A stretch of 64,000 nt of DNA from Eledone cirrhosa (GCA_964016885.1 OZ024751.1:49104001-49168000); one strand, 5' to 3'. Positions 1 through 15,156 are shown, counted from the stretch's first letter. Numbers and translations are program-made. The notes: generated by a model from the letters alone, not told the origin.

Positions 1-104
1 TGGCTACAGCCAAAGCTTCGATTTTACTAAGCTTACACTTGTACATATATATATATATATATATATATAATATAAGATCAAAAGATGGTTAAAATAGGTC
101 CAAG

Positions 105-175
105 TATTTTATTATGCGCATTTCAAAAACAAATATCATCATGGGATGATATCTGCGTTCTCATCAGATAAAATA
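105..175 (-). ncRNA. Type I hammerhead ribozyme (PLE pLTR/retrozyme-type)
   Basis: Minus strand reads TATTTTAT-CTGATGA-GAACGCAGATATCATC(CCAT)GATGATATTTGTTTTT-GAAA-TGCGCA-TA-ATAAAATA: 8-bp stem I, long stem II, palindromic stem III, AUA cleavage triplet. Confidence 0.8.
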
Positions 176-262
176 GTGAGACATGATATGAAGCTTAAAA
201 AACACTATCTCCCTATTTTATCTGATGAGAACGCAGATATCATCCCATGATGATATTTGTTT
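128..262. repeat. ~50-bp inverted repeat formed by two head-to-head copies of an HHR-bearing element
   Basis: 128-176 is the reverse complement of 213-261; the plus copy lacks the GAAA/stem III part. Confidence 0.85.
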
Positions 263-370
263 AACCCTCTTTTGATATTATATTATTTATACTCCAGTCC
301 TACAAACTGTAGAGTGCTACTTATTTGATATTTGCATTGCTTTATTGTGCTACAATAAAACTCACCTCCT

Positions 371-433
<63 letters not shown>

Positions 434-449
434 TATATATATGTATATG

Positions 450-513
<64 letters not shown>

Positions 514-529
514 TATATATATGTATATG

Positions 530-586
<57 letters not shown>

Positions 587-1043
587 GTGTGTGTGTGTGT
601 ATATATTTATATGTGTGTGTGTGTGTATGTGTCTTTCCTGTAAATAGTTAAATCTATGTATGCTTCTCAGCAAATTCGAACTGAAACTTGACTGAATCTT
701 TATATCTGTCTATTTAAAACCCTAATATTGGTTCAGTAGGTTTCACGTAATTCCAGCCAATTAAAATCGCATCATATCATACTTTAAATAACATTCAGCG
801 GTTTATACATTTGAATTAAGCTTTATTTTTTTCATTTTTTTCTCTCAATTCACATCGCGAGGCAAACTACTAATCCATTTACGAACGCTAACTCTCGCTT
901 CTGATTTCAGCACCCGTCATATTAATAATTGTTAAATATGGTTTCTGCATATTTCTTGTATAAGCTGCGCATGTATGTGTGTGTAAATACGCGCTTAAAC
1001 CTGTATATATTTGCATAGATTTATATGCATTTAAATATGTGTG

Positions 1044-1116
<73 letters not shown>

Positions 1117-1649
1117 CAGTTTGTTACGAAGCCATTTAATCGAAAATCATGTAACGTAATGAAAGTAGAAGAGAATTGGTTTTGTCTTTAAGGTTTTCGT
1201 TTCATCGTAACGTTTCTATTTACATATTTTATGCTGCATATTATTCTTTCAATATTATGTCTTCTTGCCCACCACTCCGACATGTTCCATGTCTCTCTGA
1301 AAAGTATATGTTAATCTACCTCGGAATCATGGTCTATATGGTTCTGTCTTCAGTTCTCACGTGTGTGTGAGTTTATAATAAGCAGTTTCGTATAACAATA
1401 CACGGATACAAATAAGCGACGAGGTGGATGAATCGGCACCGGTGGATAATAAAAGGCCGATATGTATGTATATATATGTATAAATATATATATATATAAT
1501 ACAGGTATATATACATATATATGTATATATGTATATATATATATATATAAATATATTTATACATATATATATATATATATGTTCATATATATATATATAC
1601 ATATATTTATATACATATATATATATACACACATATATATATATACTTA

Positions 1650-1694
<45 letters not shown>

Positions 1695-1775
1695 CATATA
1701 TATACATGCATATATTTATACTTTTATATATATTATATATATATATACACACACAGACACACATATATATATATA

Positions 1776-1862
<87 letters not shown>

Positions 1863-2043
1863 GTCTATGTGTACAATGTGTCTTTGTAATGCATAATTAT
1901 TCTCTTTCGTACGAAGAATATAATGTCTGTCACGTTTGCAACTGATTTTCTTTTCCTGTTTCTACCAAGTAATTAGGGAACTATTTTGGTGGGTTTACAA
2001 TTCATTGTTATCCAATATACTGCAGCTCACCTGCTTCATTCTG

Positions 2044-2078
<35 letters not shown>

Positions 2079-2109
2079 GATATATCTCTCTTGTATGTTC
2101 AATTATGTT

Positions 2110-2156
<47 letters not shown>

Positions 2157-2301
2157 AAACATACATAATATTAATAAATGGAAAATATTTTATAATAACA
2201 TATTTATTTTATCATACATATTTCAAGGATACTAGATTATAGTATGGTTTCTTCAGATATAATACAATATTTGCTATTAAGATATTGACCCCCCCCCCCC
2301 C

Positions 2302-2334
<33 letters not shown>

Positions 2335-2464
2335 ATATATATATATATACGAGATTTGAAATATATACAAATGCACCTACATATAATAATGGATACAAAA
2401 GTTGCACAAATTTAACACATTTTATTTGTATTACCTATGTTTCCACAGAAAACAATGATGGAAA

Positions 2465-3010
2465 AAGTAAATGTGATATCAACTCTAGCTTCATTACTAA
2501 TATAAATATATATATATATATATACGTATATATAGAGAATTCACAAGAATCAAAGCTATGTTCAAAGCATTTGTTCACTTACAGATCATTTCATCCAAAC
2601 CTAGGCTTGGAGTCTTCGGAGCATTTTTCAATGTTTGTTCACATAATTGACCTCCTTTCCAACGTAAGAGACATACAGATACATATATATATATTGATGT
2701 ACAGTGGAGTGACATATATTATACTATACTATTTTTGTACAGCAATTCAAATTCAAAATCAAAATCAAAATCAAAATCAAAATTAAAATTAAAATTAAAA
2801 TTAAAATTAAAATTAAAATTAAAATTAAAATACATTCGGCAGATAACACAGATAATGCAAGATGATAGTTTGATAGTCAGGTTTAGTAGGTAGTGTATGC
2901 GTTAGTTACACGTGGAGCATGCAAGTGTGTCTCATTTTTATATGTGTCTCATTTTATATATATATCCGTATATATACATTAGTATTGAAGCTAGAGTTGA
3001 TATCAGATTT

Positions 3011-3064
<54 letters not shown>

Positions 3065-3101
3065 TAAATGTGATATCAACTCTAGCTTCAATACTAATAT
3101 A
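2465..3101. repeat. Short (~38 bp) element end in three copies; two are inverted around a (TA)n tract
   Basis: AAGTAAATGTGATATCAACTCTAGCTTCA(A/T)TACTAAT at ~2465 (+), ~2978-3015 (-), ~3062 (+). Confidence 0.7.
2747..2831. repeat. Hexamer microsatellite (CAAAAT)n grading into (TAAAAT)n
   Basis: Directly visible. Confidence 0.9.
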
Positions 3102-3116
3102 TATATAAAATGAAAC

Positions 3117-3160
<44 letters not shown>

Positions 3161-3253
3161 AAATACCAATGATGGTTGGAAAATCACTGACGAAGGACTA
3201 TTTTTATCATATGTAACCTATGTACAAACCACGCAGTATTCTTCTTTCTTCTC

Positions 3254-3340
<87 letters not shown>

Positions 3341-4329
3341 AGAAAGATAGATATAGATATGTCGGAGCATTATAAGCTGAATTAAAATTTAACTCTTCAC
3401 TGTATCTCCAGTGTGGTGATATTGTATAAAATACAGGGACAAGTTATCTCAAAGAAAATTTATATCCATTCATCAAGGGTTGAAAAACTTGCTTCAGAAG
3501 GCTTTATTTTTCTCTGAAGACCTTCTGCAGTCCAGCTATTCTGAGAGTTTCTTAACACTAATGATAGAAAGATTTTTCGCGAAATTTTTAATATATTGTT
3601 TCAATATTAAGAGCCTCGGATAGAATGATTCGCAGAATTCTTTCCACCTCTCTGCTCAAATACTTCCGAAGTCAAATTTGCCTTTCCAGAGAATTCAAAT
3701 ATATCTCTACCAAATTATGCATTTTGCCTTGTTTTTTTTTCTTTGGCATTTTTCCTTGGTTCACAAATTGATTGATGCCACCCTTAATACATCCCTGGCA
3801 TACTTAAGACGAGAACTGAAAAGCTAGGAGTGAGCTTGTAAATCTGTCCCCTATTTATTCAAGAAATGTTGCAATACAATGAAACAAAACATTTCTAATA
3901 CAATATTTTTACCAGCTTCACGCTTCGGTGGTGTTGGCATCTAATGATATATATTTTCTACGAGGGATTGGCTTTCCAAAAATGTTTTGGATACTCTTAT
4001 GCAGCCGACCAGATATTTTGCTTATATATGAAGCTGAAAAGAACAAGATTGGATGGTCACGGCTGGAATGATTTTCATCATATATATTTTCGATCATATC
4101 AGATCTGACCTGGGCTTAAGCCATAACGACTAGTACAACAAAATAGCTGATTTTTTTTTTGTTTGCTTGTTTATTTGTAAAGACTCTGAAATAATGGTTT
4201 TTCTTTCTCAGACAGTTCAATGGTCAAAGGTCAGATATATTTTTTAAAATCAACATAGTACGGTTAATTGATTATTGAGACTTTCTACAGATTTGCCAAT
4301 GTAATTCAGTGGCCTCTGTGGAAGAAAGA

Positions 4330-4421
4330 GAGAGGGGGAGTTAGAGAGAGGGGAGGTAGATATATATATATAGATAGATATAGATATAGATAGAGAGAAA
4401 GAGTGAGAGGAGGAGAGAGGT

Positions 4422-4453
<32 letters not shown>

Positions 4454-4814
4454 TGAAAGCGAGGGAGAAAGAGATAGAGATAGAGAAGAAGAGAGAGAGC
4501 GAGAGGGAGGGGGAGAAAGAGAGAGAGATAGAGAGAGAGAAGGAGAGAAAGAGAGAGAGAGAGAAGGAGAGAAAGAGCGAGATATATATATAGAGAGAGG
4601 GAGAGAAAGAGAGAGAGAAAGAACTACTTGACCTCATACAAAGAACTGAATCACTATTACAACCTCCGTTTGCTGCTGTTTAACTGTATTATTCTCTCAC
4701 TCGTCTCTCACTCGTTCTATCGCTCTTTATCTCTCTTTCACACACTCTGTCTCTCTCTTTCACACTCTCTGTCTCTCTCTTCCGCATTCTCTTTCTCTCT
4801 TTCACACAATCTCT

Positions 4815-4848
<34 letters not shown>

Positions 4849-5330
4849 CCTCTCTTTCACAGATTCTCTGTCTCTCTCCTTCACAATCTCTGTATCTCTC
4901 TTTCAAATTCTCTCTCTCTCTCTCTCTCTCTTCCACATTCTCTGTTCCTCTCTTTCACAGATTCTCTGTCTCTCTCTCCTTCACAATCTCTGTCTCTCTC
5001 TTTCACATTCTCTCTCTCTCTCTCTCTCTCTCACTTCCACATTCTCTGTCCCTCTCTTCCACATTGTCTGTCTCTCGCTTGCACAATCTCTCTCTCTTCC
5101 ACATTCTCTGTTCCTCTCTTTCACAGATTCTCTGTCTCTCTCTCCTTCACAATCTCTGTCTCTCTCTTTCACATTCTCTCTCTCTCTCTCTCTCTCTCTC
5201 ACTTCCACATTCTCTGTCCCTCTCTTCCACATTGTCTGTCTCTCGCTTGCACAATCTCTCTCTCTTCCACATTCTCTGTCCCTCTCTTTCTAACATTCTT
5301 TTTCTCTTTCGCCACAGTCTCTGTCTTTCT
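4330..5330. repeat. GA-rich then CT-rich low-complexity region with an internal ~167-bp tandem duplication
   Basis: ~4928-5094 repeats at ~5095-5262. Confidence 0.8.
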
Positions 5331-5758
5331 CTTTACACATATACTCTGCATTTATATCTGTCTCGACCACCCCTTCCCTCTCCACCTCTCCCCTCTTTTC
5401 TCTTATTCTAACATCTGTGGCGCCACAGTAGCACAAAAATATTGCAAAATATTACCGATATATCGATGCCTCAGTAAAAACCGACAGCACGTATACCGTG
5501 TAGTTCAGTTGACATTTATGGGATGAAGAGAATAAAGAGATAAATAAATAAATAAATAAACTGGATCTTCTAATAAATTCCATCCATTCATCCGTGATAA
5601 CGAAACATATATTTCTATTAAGGTATCATTATAGTAAATCGAATTACATACGGAGTGTGTGAAAGAATCCATTTTCCGTAGCAAGTTAATATCTACGTTC
5701 TTATAAGAAAGTATCTGGTTCGTTGCTTTCCCACATTCTCGACTAAAGTCATACACCG

Positions 5759-5844
<86 letters not shown>

Positions 5845-5862
5845 TATATTATATATATATAT

Positions 5863-5903
<41 letters not shown>

Positions 5904-5925
5904 TATATTATATATATATATATAT

Positions 5926-5956
<31 letters not shown>

Positions 5957-6237
5957 TATATTATATTATATATATATATTATATTATATATATATATATA
6001 TTATATATATACATATATATATATATATTTATTTATTTATAAGGAATTGGGGGGCTTCAAAGGATCGATAAATGCAAATATTGATTTCTTCTATGCCCAT
6101 AGTCCATATTCAATATCCTACAATTTTGATAGAAGAAATACGTAGAACGTTTCGATATTACAGCTGAGTGTGTGTGTGTGTGTATGACTGTATATATGTA
6201 CGTGTATGCACACACACACGCACACACACACACACAC

Positions 6238-6324
<87 letters not shown>

Positions 6325-6326
6325 GC

Positions 6327-6383
<57 letters not shown>

Positions 6384-6923
6384 AGTGTGTGTGAGTGCGT
6401 GTACTCATTTGTTTGAACTACTGATTGCTGATTGCTCATCGCCGAGACAAACGAAAGATCTCTGATCATACTCGACAAGAAGCACAAAGCTTAACTTACA
6501 TGAAGGTGATAGGAACAAGGATCCTAAAATCAGAGTCAACTTTCCTCGGCTCACAGCATTCATCCAATCTGAAGACAGAAGAGATATATAAATAGACGAA
6601 ATTTTCAGGACAGAATCCTATTTTATGGTAGACTCTACACCCTAGAGCTAAACTAGGGTTAATCAATAACAACAATTACGTAAACATATGAGGTCCCATT
6701 AGGTAAAAGCTGGACATGCATAAGTACGCAGGTTTGGATTCCTTTTGGAGAGCAGCGAACTGTATATAGAGAGATTTTCTACAGCTTTGGGGTTAAATGT
6801 AATATCTTTTCTATCCAACGCAATATATAGCAGGTACATGTTCGTTTCTTCACATCCACTATATCGAATATGTGTATGTGTGTGAGTATATGTGTATATA
6901 TATATATATATGTATATATTTAT

Positions 6924-7020
<97 letters not shown>

Positions 7021-7121
7021 TAAAAGGAAAAGAAAATGCTGACAAATTTTTCCCAGTGAAAAATAGTTTAATTAGGATAAGTATAAATTAGTAATAAGTA
7101 TTGATTAGTATTTAGTTTATA

Positions 7122-7229
<108 letters not shown>

Positions 7230-7972
7230 GATAGGGGGAGAAAGAGGTAGATAGATAAAAAGATAGAGAGTGTGAAAGTGTTTATATATCGATGGACCTC
7301 TCCTCGACTTAGACAAGGAATCTTTCAGTTGAACGATCAAAGGCAGATACGTCTTGCGAAATTAACAAATATGTAGCTCAACAATTCACAAACACGTGTA
7401 CTCTTAATAAGCAAAGTATGAAAGATTGAGTGATAGATACTTATGAGGGATCTTTGATCGAATCATTTTATCGATGGGAATACTACAATATTGGAAAATG
7501 CAAGGGAACACATCTTCAGATATAATTTAGATATTTTAGTGTTTATAGATCGAGAAGTATTACATTGTTTTCAATATATAAATACACCCACATAAATACA
7601 AGCCTTGATCGGTCTCGGTTATCAACTGGACTGAGGCAAAATATTGGTTCCTCATTAAGGCACGGGGGTCAATATTTTGGGGCATTATTTTATAGATACC
7701 GGAAAATGGTAGATAAGAGGCTGGATTTGAAACCAGAAAGTCTAAATGCCGTAACGAAATATTGGAATGCATTCACGATTCTCTAAATACACAGCACTGG
7801 AGACTGAAACTAACTTATATATCACTCACAAATCAACGAGTATCATATAAGGTAAGACCAAATTATGCGCCTTTTATGTTCAGATCAGCTTCTTTACATT
7901 TCTCCTTTTTTTTTGTTACTTTTCTTCTGCCTCTCTTTTTCTACACACACACACACACACACTCACTCGCGC

Positions 7973-8021
<49 letters not shown>

Positions 8022-8032
8022 AAAGCACGTAC

Positions 8033-8071
<39 letters not shown>

Positions 8072-8360
8072 AATGCGCACGTACGCATTTACATATATAT
8101 ATATATAGATATATATACTCTCTTGATTATACATGTGGCAATATAATTTCATATGAAGTATTTGGTATCTATGAAGGTAACTTATATTTACAGAAATGCA
8201 AACCAATAAAGAATTGCGCGACACTGTGGAACATTACATAGAAGCTGTTACATTGAATATCGTATTGCTTTCACGTAGCCTCAAAAATATCTCTACGCTT
8301 GGATGTACTCACACAAGCAAACAAGTAGCCACGTACACTCACGCTTATGCTCACACACGT

Positions 8361-8393
<33 letters not shown>

Positions 8394-8516
8394 CGTACAT
8401 ATAATGAGTGTGTATGAACTCGTTATATTGAATGAAAATTAAAGTCTTTGATTTTGTGTTTTTTTCTAAATAATTTGTCTTATAAATATATATAAATATT
8501 TAGACGCACACACACT

Positions 8517-8636
<120 letters not shown>

Positions 8637-9029
8637 TTATTATGAGCTAAATGTAACATATCAATTTAGGTTGATAGACAAATATTTGTAAGAAAAATTT
8701 CATATCGGCATCAAATAGGCCTGTGTGTATATGTGTGTGTTTATATATATATATTTATATATACTTCGTTTTTTTAATTTGTTTTATTGGCAGCATCACC
8801 ATCCCAAAGTATTACAATATATATATATATATGTGTGTGTGAGTGTATGTATGTGTCTGTGTATGTGTGTGTGTGTGCATGTCTGTATGTGTGTATGCAT
8901 ATGGATATATATATACATGTATGCGTAAATATATTTATATATATATGTATGCATGTATATATGTATATGTGTGTGAATATATATATATGTATATATATCC
9001 CAGAATTAGCCGTCGGGGTCCTACTCGTT

Positions 9030-9087
<58 letters not shown>

Positions 9088-9112
9088 TGTATATATGTAT
9101 ATTTATATAAGT

Positions 9113-9735
9113 ATGTCAGGTCACCAGTTGGTGCTACTGGTAACATGTATCCCAGTACAACCTGTCTCACGGTCGGGTCGTTGGCGAGTAAACTGGCAAC
9201 CCCACCAAGGTTTCTTGGTGAGGAGGGTGACTTTGGACATCCTGCAGGACTAAAAACAAAACCTGTCAAAGGGCAAAGGAGCTCTTAAGAGTCAATGGGC
9301 ATCCAAAATCACCGGGAGAGATGACCTCTTAGACATTGTCAAGGCAGAATTCTAGGAGAATTAAAATTCTGATATAACACCTGCAACCCTGATGGTATCC
9401 AATGATGTTGACTTGTTCTTCTTTTTGGTAAATATCATCTTGGTTAAGAGAGTGAGACTGGCTTTGTGCAGTGCCTTTGCTCACTATAAAAGCCTCACAG
9501 CACAGGCATTGCTTTATATCTGGAGCTCTCTCTGCACTTGTCGTCACATGGTACCATGGGCCCAGCACTATGTGTCAATAATTGTTGCAAGAGTTGTGTT
9601 TGTACCAGAGTTTTTAAGTCGCTGGCTGGACTAAAAAGTCACACTCGTTCAGCACATCGTTCAGCCATGTAGGGGTTCTCCTACATGGATATAAAGTAGT
9701 GGCCGTACTCGAAAACGAGTTGGCAGCCACCATAT
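9113..9735 (+). mobile_element. ~600-bp non-autonomous interspersed element resembling an RTE-clade LINE 5' UTR
   Basis: Highly similar inverted copy at 30588-31185 with nearly the same ends, both inside (TA)n. The motif ...AAGGCAGAATTCTAGGAGAAGGAAAACTCTGA (as read in the second copy) resembles RTE 5' UTRs (from memory, not searched). Confidence 0.6.
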
Positions 9736-9755
9736 TTATATAAATCTATACATAC

Positions 9756-9795
<40 letters not shown>

Positions 9796-10580
9796 CATAT
9801 GAAAAATCTATAAGGTTTATATCCAATGCCTATTGGTGGTGATTTTTTTTGAATTAACTATTCCTTTTGTTTGCTTTGATTTTTGTAATTGCTGTATTTT
9901 CTCTCTTCTATCGGTGTCCGATCGCGTGATTGTTTATAAAACAAGCGTTATCAATATCTTTATATATGTTACGATTAAACGCCATATTCTTAAATGTTAG
10001 ATATCACGAAATAAGAGACGGTTTTACTATTTTTTCCAGATTATTAATAACGTAAGCGATGTGTTGTTATTTACCAATCAAAATTTGCACTTTCTTCTCT
10101 ATTAGAAAGATCATTGAATGCCAAAGAAGTTAATGTAGATGCAGTGTCACCGAAAACAATATGTTATAGGTAAGGTTAATCTTTTTAGAGGCAGTACCAT
10201 TTGGTTGAATTCTTTATTAAGAGACTTTAATCTTAGAATGTACCGTAAAAAGTCTATATAGTCTGTGAGCAGGCTCATGCATTTCAGTGGCGGACGAAAT
10301 ACCTTAAATATTTGTTACAGTCACTTACATACTTACTTCTAATCGTGGATAGGTTTATTATTGATTGTTTATTATACAATATGGATATATAAATTAAAAA
10401 TTTAGACTAGTGGGCATATAAAGCCGTTTAGGCATCGGTTATGTCACCTTGCATTAAATTACCTGATATTGTTTACGCTTATGTGTTCAAATACCTAGAT
10501 GGACTACTATTATAAGACGTGGTCCTTCGCTATGTTTAAGGAAACTTCCATATTGAAACCATCCGGATTGACATTATCTT

Positions 10581-10762
10581 TTTGGCAGTATCGGTAGAGG
10601 GTCGGACGCCATGCTTTCCAGCATAGTTAGGTCCCTTTACGATCTGAGTTCAAATCCCGCCGAGGTTGACTTTGCCTTTCATTCTTACGGGGTCGATAAA
10701 ATAAAGTACCAGTAATGAACTGTGTAATTGCTGGCCTTGTGCCTAAAGTAGAAACAATTATC
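10581..10762 (+). mobile_element. tRNA-derived SINE (abundant family in this window)
   Basis: A-box-like TGGCAGTATCGG, B-box GAGTTCAAATCC, central CTTTGCCTTTCAT..GGGGTCGATAAAATAAAGTACCAG, tail GCCTTGTGCC.AAAGTAGAAACAATTA; >10 copies. Confidence 0.85.
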
Positions 10763-11129
10763 TTTCTACCAGTCTCCCACTAATCTTGGAGGTTCTAGCT
10801 CCTCCTCTTACGTAAGCGATAACATACGTATTAGAAAGTATAACATTTAATGTGTCTCTGTTTGAAGAGCAACAGAGCTATTTAAGGGATCCGATGTACA
10901 CATCTCTTACATGTTAAACCGTAACTTTTGACTGGTGGCGACCGTTTAACAGTAAAATTCAAGCATCTCTGACCGTTACCCACTAGGTTATTATTACTGA
11001 AGAATATTCACCTTATGACGCTAAAATGATCCAATATGAAATGAAAGTTGCCAATACTAAAAAAAAATTATTTGTTTGAAGTGTGTGGCAGTATATTATG
11101 ATGCTTTAATGTCTTAAAAATATATCTCA

Positions 11130-11520
11130 AAACAAATTTTGATTTGTGGCAACAAAAATATATCAACTCTCAAATGGTATTTAAGATAAAATTTCTTTTG
11201 AACAATATTCTCAATTTTCTCTGCAATAGATATATCAGAAATATCGTTATCCTTGTTATAATGTTTGCTATATTCAAATATCTTCCAAATGGCTTTTTAG
11301 TTTCTGATATTGTTCAGTTAAAAGACAAAAAAAAAAGACAATATGTAATTCGGTATTTAGATAAATTTCTATTGAAAGATCTTTCAGGATATATGAAAGT
11401 ATAATAGTGTTGATTATATCGTAAAGTAAAAGTATTTTCAGGCAATCCGATATAATTCTTAGAAGCTGAGTCATTAATTGTGAATAAATTCACACAATAA
11501 ACTAGCGATTTCGACACATA
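11130..11520 (-). pseudogene. Degenerate GIY-YIG endonuclease fragment of a Naiad-type Penelope-like element
   Basis: Reads KSLVY..NYIGLPENTFTLRYNQH..NLSKY, then after frameshifts AIWKI...AEK...LNTI*EL..CCHKSKF; same motif order as the element at 43.3-43.8 kb. Confidence 0.75.
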
Positions 11521-12144
11521 TTATCGAAAGTAAAATTCATGTGGTTCAGAGAAAACCACAAAAGACCGTTTCAGCTATTTTCTATTAATTATTCATTATT
11601 CTCTACCAAAATAATGTTGCCATGTCAATTATAGTAACAATATTCCTATTAAAATATTATATCTATGTTTTTTTTGTGTGGGGAAATTATATAATTAAAG
11701 GCAGTGAATGAGATAACGTCTGATAGAATGGTTTACCTTATTTAACATGACTTTGTGCTGTGCGTTCAAATCCTGCCAAGAAAAATATGGCATTTTTAAT
11801 TTTTTGGTCGAAAAATAACATATAATTCCAGTACTTGAATTGGGTCTTCAATCCCAATTCTCTCTCCCTCTCACACCCCCTCCCCTCTATCGATTTCTGA
11901 CAGAACATTGATGAGTTCCTACATGGAGAGTGAGGGCCTACACCAGGTATATAATACCCTACGTGTCTTTCTAAGTAATAAAGAGAGTGTTTTAGGTCCT
12001 GAGATAATCAAAATGGAGGGGGAGCATTAAACCACATATTTTGCATTAATGTTAGAAATCTGAGAATTGATATTAACATTATTATTATAAGTGTAACTAA
12101 TTATATTTATTGAATCACAGTGTTTTGTATGTTCAACATAATGA

Positions 12145-12188
<44 letters not shown>

Positions 12189-12481
12189 TCTGTTTGTGAG
12201 TACGTGTATTGATTACTAAAACTATGTATCTATAAGTGAGATTGAATTGTGTATTGTAGACAAAAACAGTGCATTACACCACATTATTATATAGTGTATG
12301 TATGTGTGTATCCCTGTATGAACATATGTATATATAAAGAAGATATATCTATATATGTAAATATCAATATCTCACTCACTCGCTATATATATATGTATAT
12401 ATATATATTATATATCTTTATTTATATATATATATATATACATGCGTAAACTCACACATATACATACATATATACATACAT

Positions 12482-12552
<71 letters not shown>

Positions 12553-12976
12553 CATGTATGTATATATGTATGTATATATGTATGTATATGTGTGCGTTTA
12601 CGCATGTGTATATATTGATGCATTATAGATTTCCTTCCAAGTGCATATATGAGGGCGAGCTTGTATTAGCCTGTGGGTGGCATATATATATACATATATA
12701 CATAAATATATATGTGTGAGTGTATGTGTATGTGTGTATATGTGTGTGTGTGAGTGAGTGAGTGCGTCCGTGCGTGCGTCCGTGCGTGTTTGTGTCAGCT
12801 TCAAATTACCATTTCAGACACTAAAATCTCCATGGTGATTTACATAAAAAGAATTGTTGAACAAGGAAATATTTTATCCTTTGGAAACAGAACGAAAGTT
12901 GGAATATGGAAATCAGTAAGAAGAATGAGAATAATAGCAATTATGTACGTCTGTCTGTATGTATATATATGTAGAT

Positions 12977-13068
<92 letters not shown>

Positions 13069-13115
13069 ATATATATATATATATATATATACCTATATAT
13101 ATATATATATATATA

Positions 13116-13277
<162 letters not shown>

Positions 13278-13392
13278 TATATATATATATGTATATATGT
13301 GTGTGTGTGTGTATAGATGTAGATGTATATATATATATATATATAAATATATATATGTATATATACATACATTCACACACATATATATATAT

Positions 13393-13453
<61 letters not shown>

Positions 13454-13925
13454 AATTTACCTTCACAAACACCAACACACACATACAGACACACACTCAT
13501 ATATATATATATATATACACACACACAGATAGACTTCCTTTTTTGTAGATATATAAATGCCATCTATAAATAATATTTTCTTTTACCAAAAGCTGCTTGA
13601 AGACATAGGTCTTATATCAGCAGGAATGTAATATGGTATTAATATTATTAATGATACTATTGTATTGGTCATTACTATTGTTATTGTTGTTGTTGTTGCT
13701 GTTGCTGTTGTCAGCATTTTTACCCCACACCTACTGTTATGTGGGTTTTGTTTATTTTTCTGTCGCTAGTGGGCGCTGTTACTCAAGTGAACAATATTAA
13801 ATAACACAAAAAAACATACCATAAGGGGACACACATAGTAAATATGAACATAAATAAAAACTATATCATATTTATCATCTATAGTACAACATAAACTTCT
13901 AACACATACTGGCCGTTAGCACATC

Positions 13926-14776
13926 ACTTCAACCCGATCGCAACAACCATATCTTCCCCACGTCCGACATAATCAGACATTGCTTCAACGGGATCACAAC
14001 AACCATATCTTACCCACGTCCGACATCATCAGACATTGCTTCAACGGGATCACAACAACCATATCTTCCCCACGTCCGACATAATCAGACATTGCTTCAA
14101 CGGGATCACAACAACCATATCTTACCCACGTCCGACATCATCAGACATTGCTTCAACGGGATCACAACAACCATATCTTCCCCACGTCCGACATAATCAG
14201 ACATTGCTTCAACGGGATCACAACAACCATATCTTCCCCACGTCCGACATAATCAGACATTGCTTCAACGGGATCACAACAACCATATCTTCCCCACGTC
14301 CCACATAATCAGACATTGCTTCAACGGGATCACAACAACCATATCTTCCCCACGTCCGACATCATCAGACATTGCTTCAACGGGATCACAACAACCATAT
14401 CTTCCCCACGTCCGACATCATCAGACATTGCTTCAACGAGATCACAACAACCATATCTTCCCCACGTCCGACATCATCCAACATCGCTTCAACGGGATCA
14501 CAACAACCATATCTTCCCCACGTCCGACATCATCCAACATTGCTTCAATGGGATCACAACAACCATATCTTCCCCACGTCCGACATCATCAGACATCGCT
14601 TCAACGGGATCACAACAACCATATCTTCCCCACGTCCGACATCATCAGACATTGCTTCAACGGGATCACAACAACCATATCTTCCCCACGTCCGACACCA
14701 TCCAACATCGCTTCAATGGGATCACAACAACCATATCTTCCCCACGTCCGACACCATCCAACATCGCTTCAACCGG
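13926..14776. repeat. 56-bp minisatellite, ~15 copies
   Basis: Unit GCTTCAACGGGATCACAACAACCATATCTTCCCCACGTCCGACATCATCAGACATT with few variant positions. Confidence 0.95.
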
Positions 14777-14827
14777 ATCATAGAAATATAACTTCCGCAC
14801 CACTGACCAGAACCATTATATAATTGT

Positions 14828-15156
14828 TTCAAGTACCAGTAAGGAACTGGGTAATTGCTGGCCTTGTGCCTAAAGTAGAAACAATTAATAATTATTTCTA
14901 CTTTTGGCACAAGGCCAGCAATTATCCCAGTACATTACTGGTACTTTACTTTATCGACCACGTAAGGATGAAAGGCAAAGTTAACATCGGCGGGATTAGA
15001 ACTCAGAATATAAGGGGCCGTAACTCTTTGCTGCAAAGCATGGCGCCCGACCTTCTACACATACTGCACATCCACCGGCCATTGCCAATCCGCGGCCCCT
15101 TCAGTAAAGAAATAATTGTTTCTACTTTTGGCACAAGGCCAGCAATTACCCAGTAC
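14828..15156. mobile_element. Cluster of tRNA-SINE copies/fragments (tail-to-tail pair plus fragment)
   Basis: SINE 3' end on + (14828-14888), near-full copy on - (14890-15075), 3' fragment on - (15113-15156). Confidence 0.8.

Noticed and set aside
3420-3900. Possible ancient LINE endonuclease remnant on minus (LRVASIN-like)
   Set aside because: Too degenerate; one short motif only
10581-10660. tRNA genes suggested by A/B boxes
   Set aside because: These are SINE heads with no cloverleaf, always followed by the SINE body
10991-11060. CTGAAGA-ATATT...AATAT-GAAA motif
   Set aside because: No convincing stem III, cleavage triplet or stem I
13926-14823. Repetitive ORFs, a CRISPR-like look, and a CTGATGA motif on minus in the 56-bp array
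   Set aside because: No unique spacers or cas genes; the 56-bp unit shifts frame; GAAG instead of GAAA and no stem I, so not an HHR
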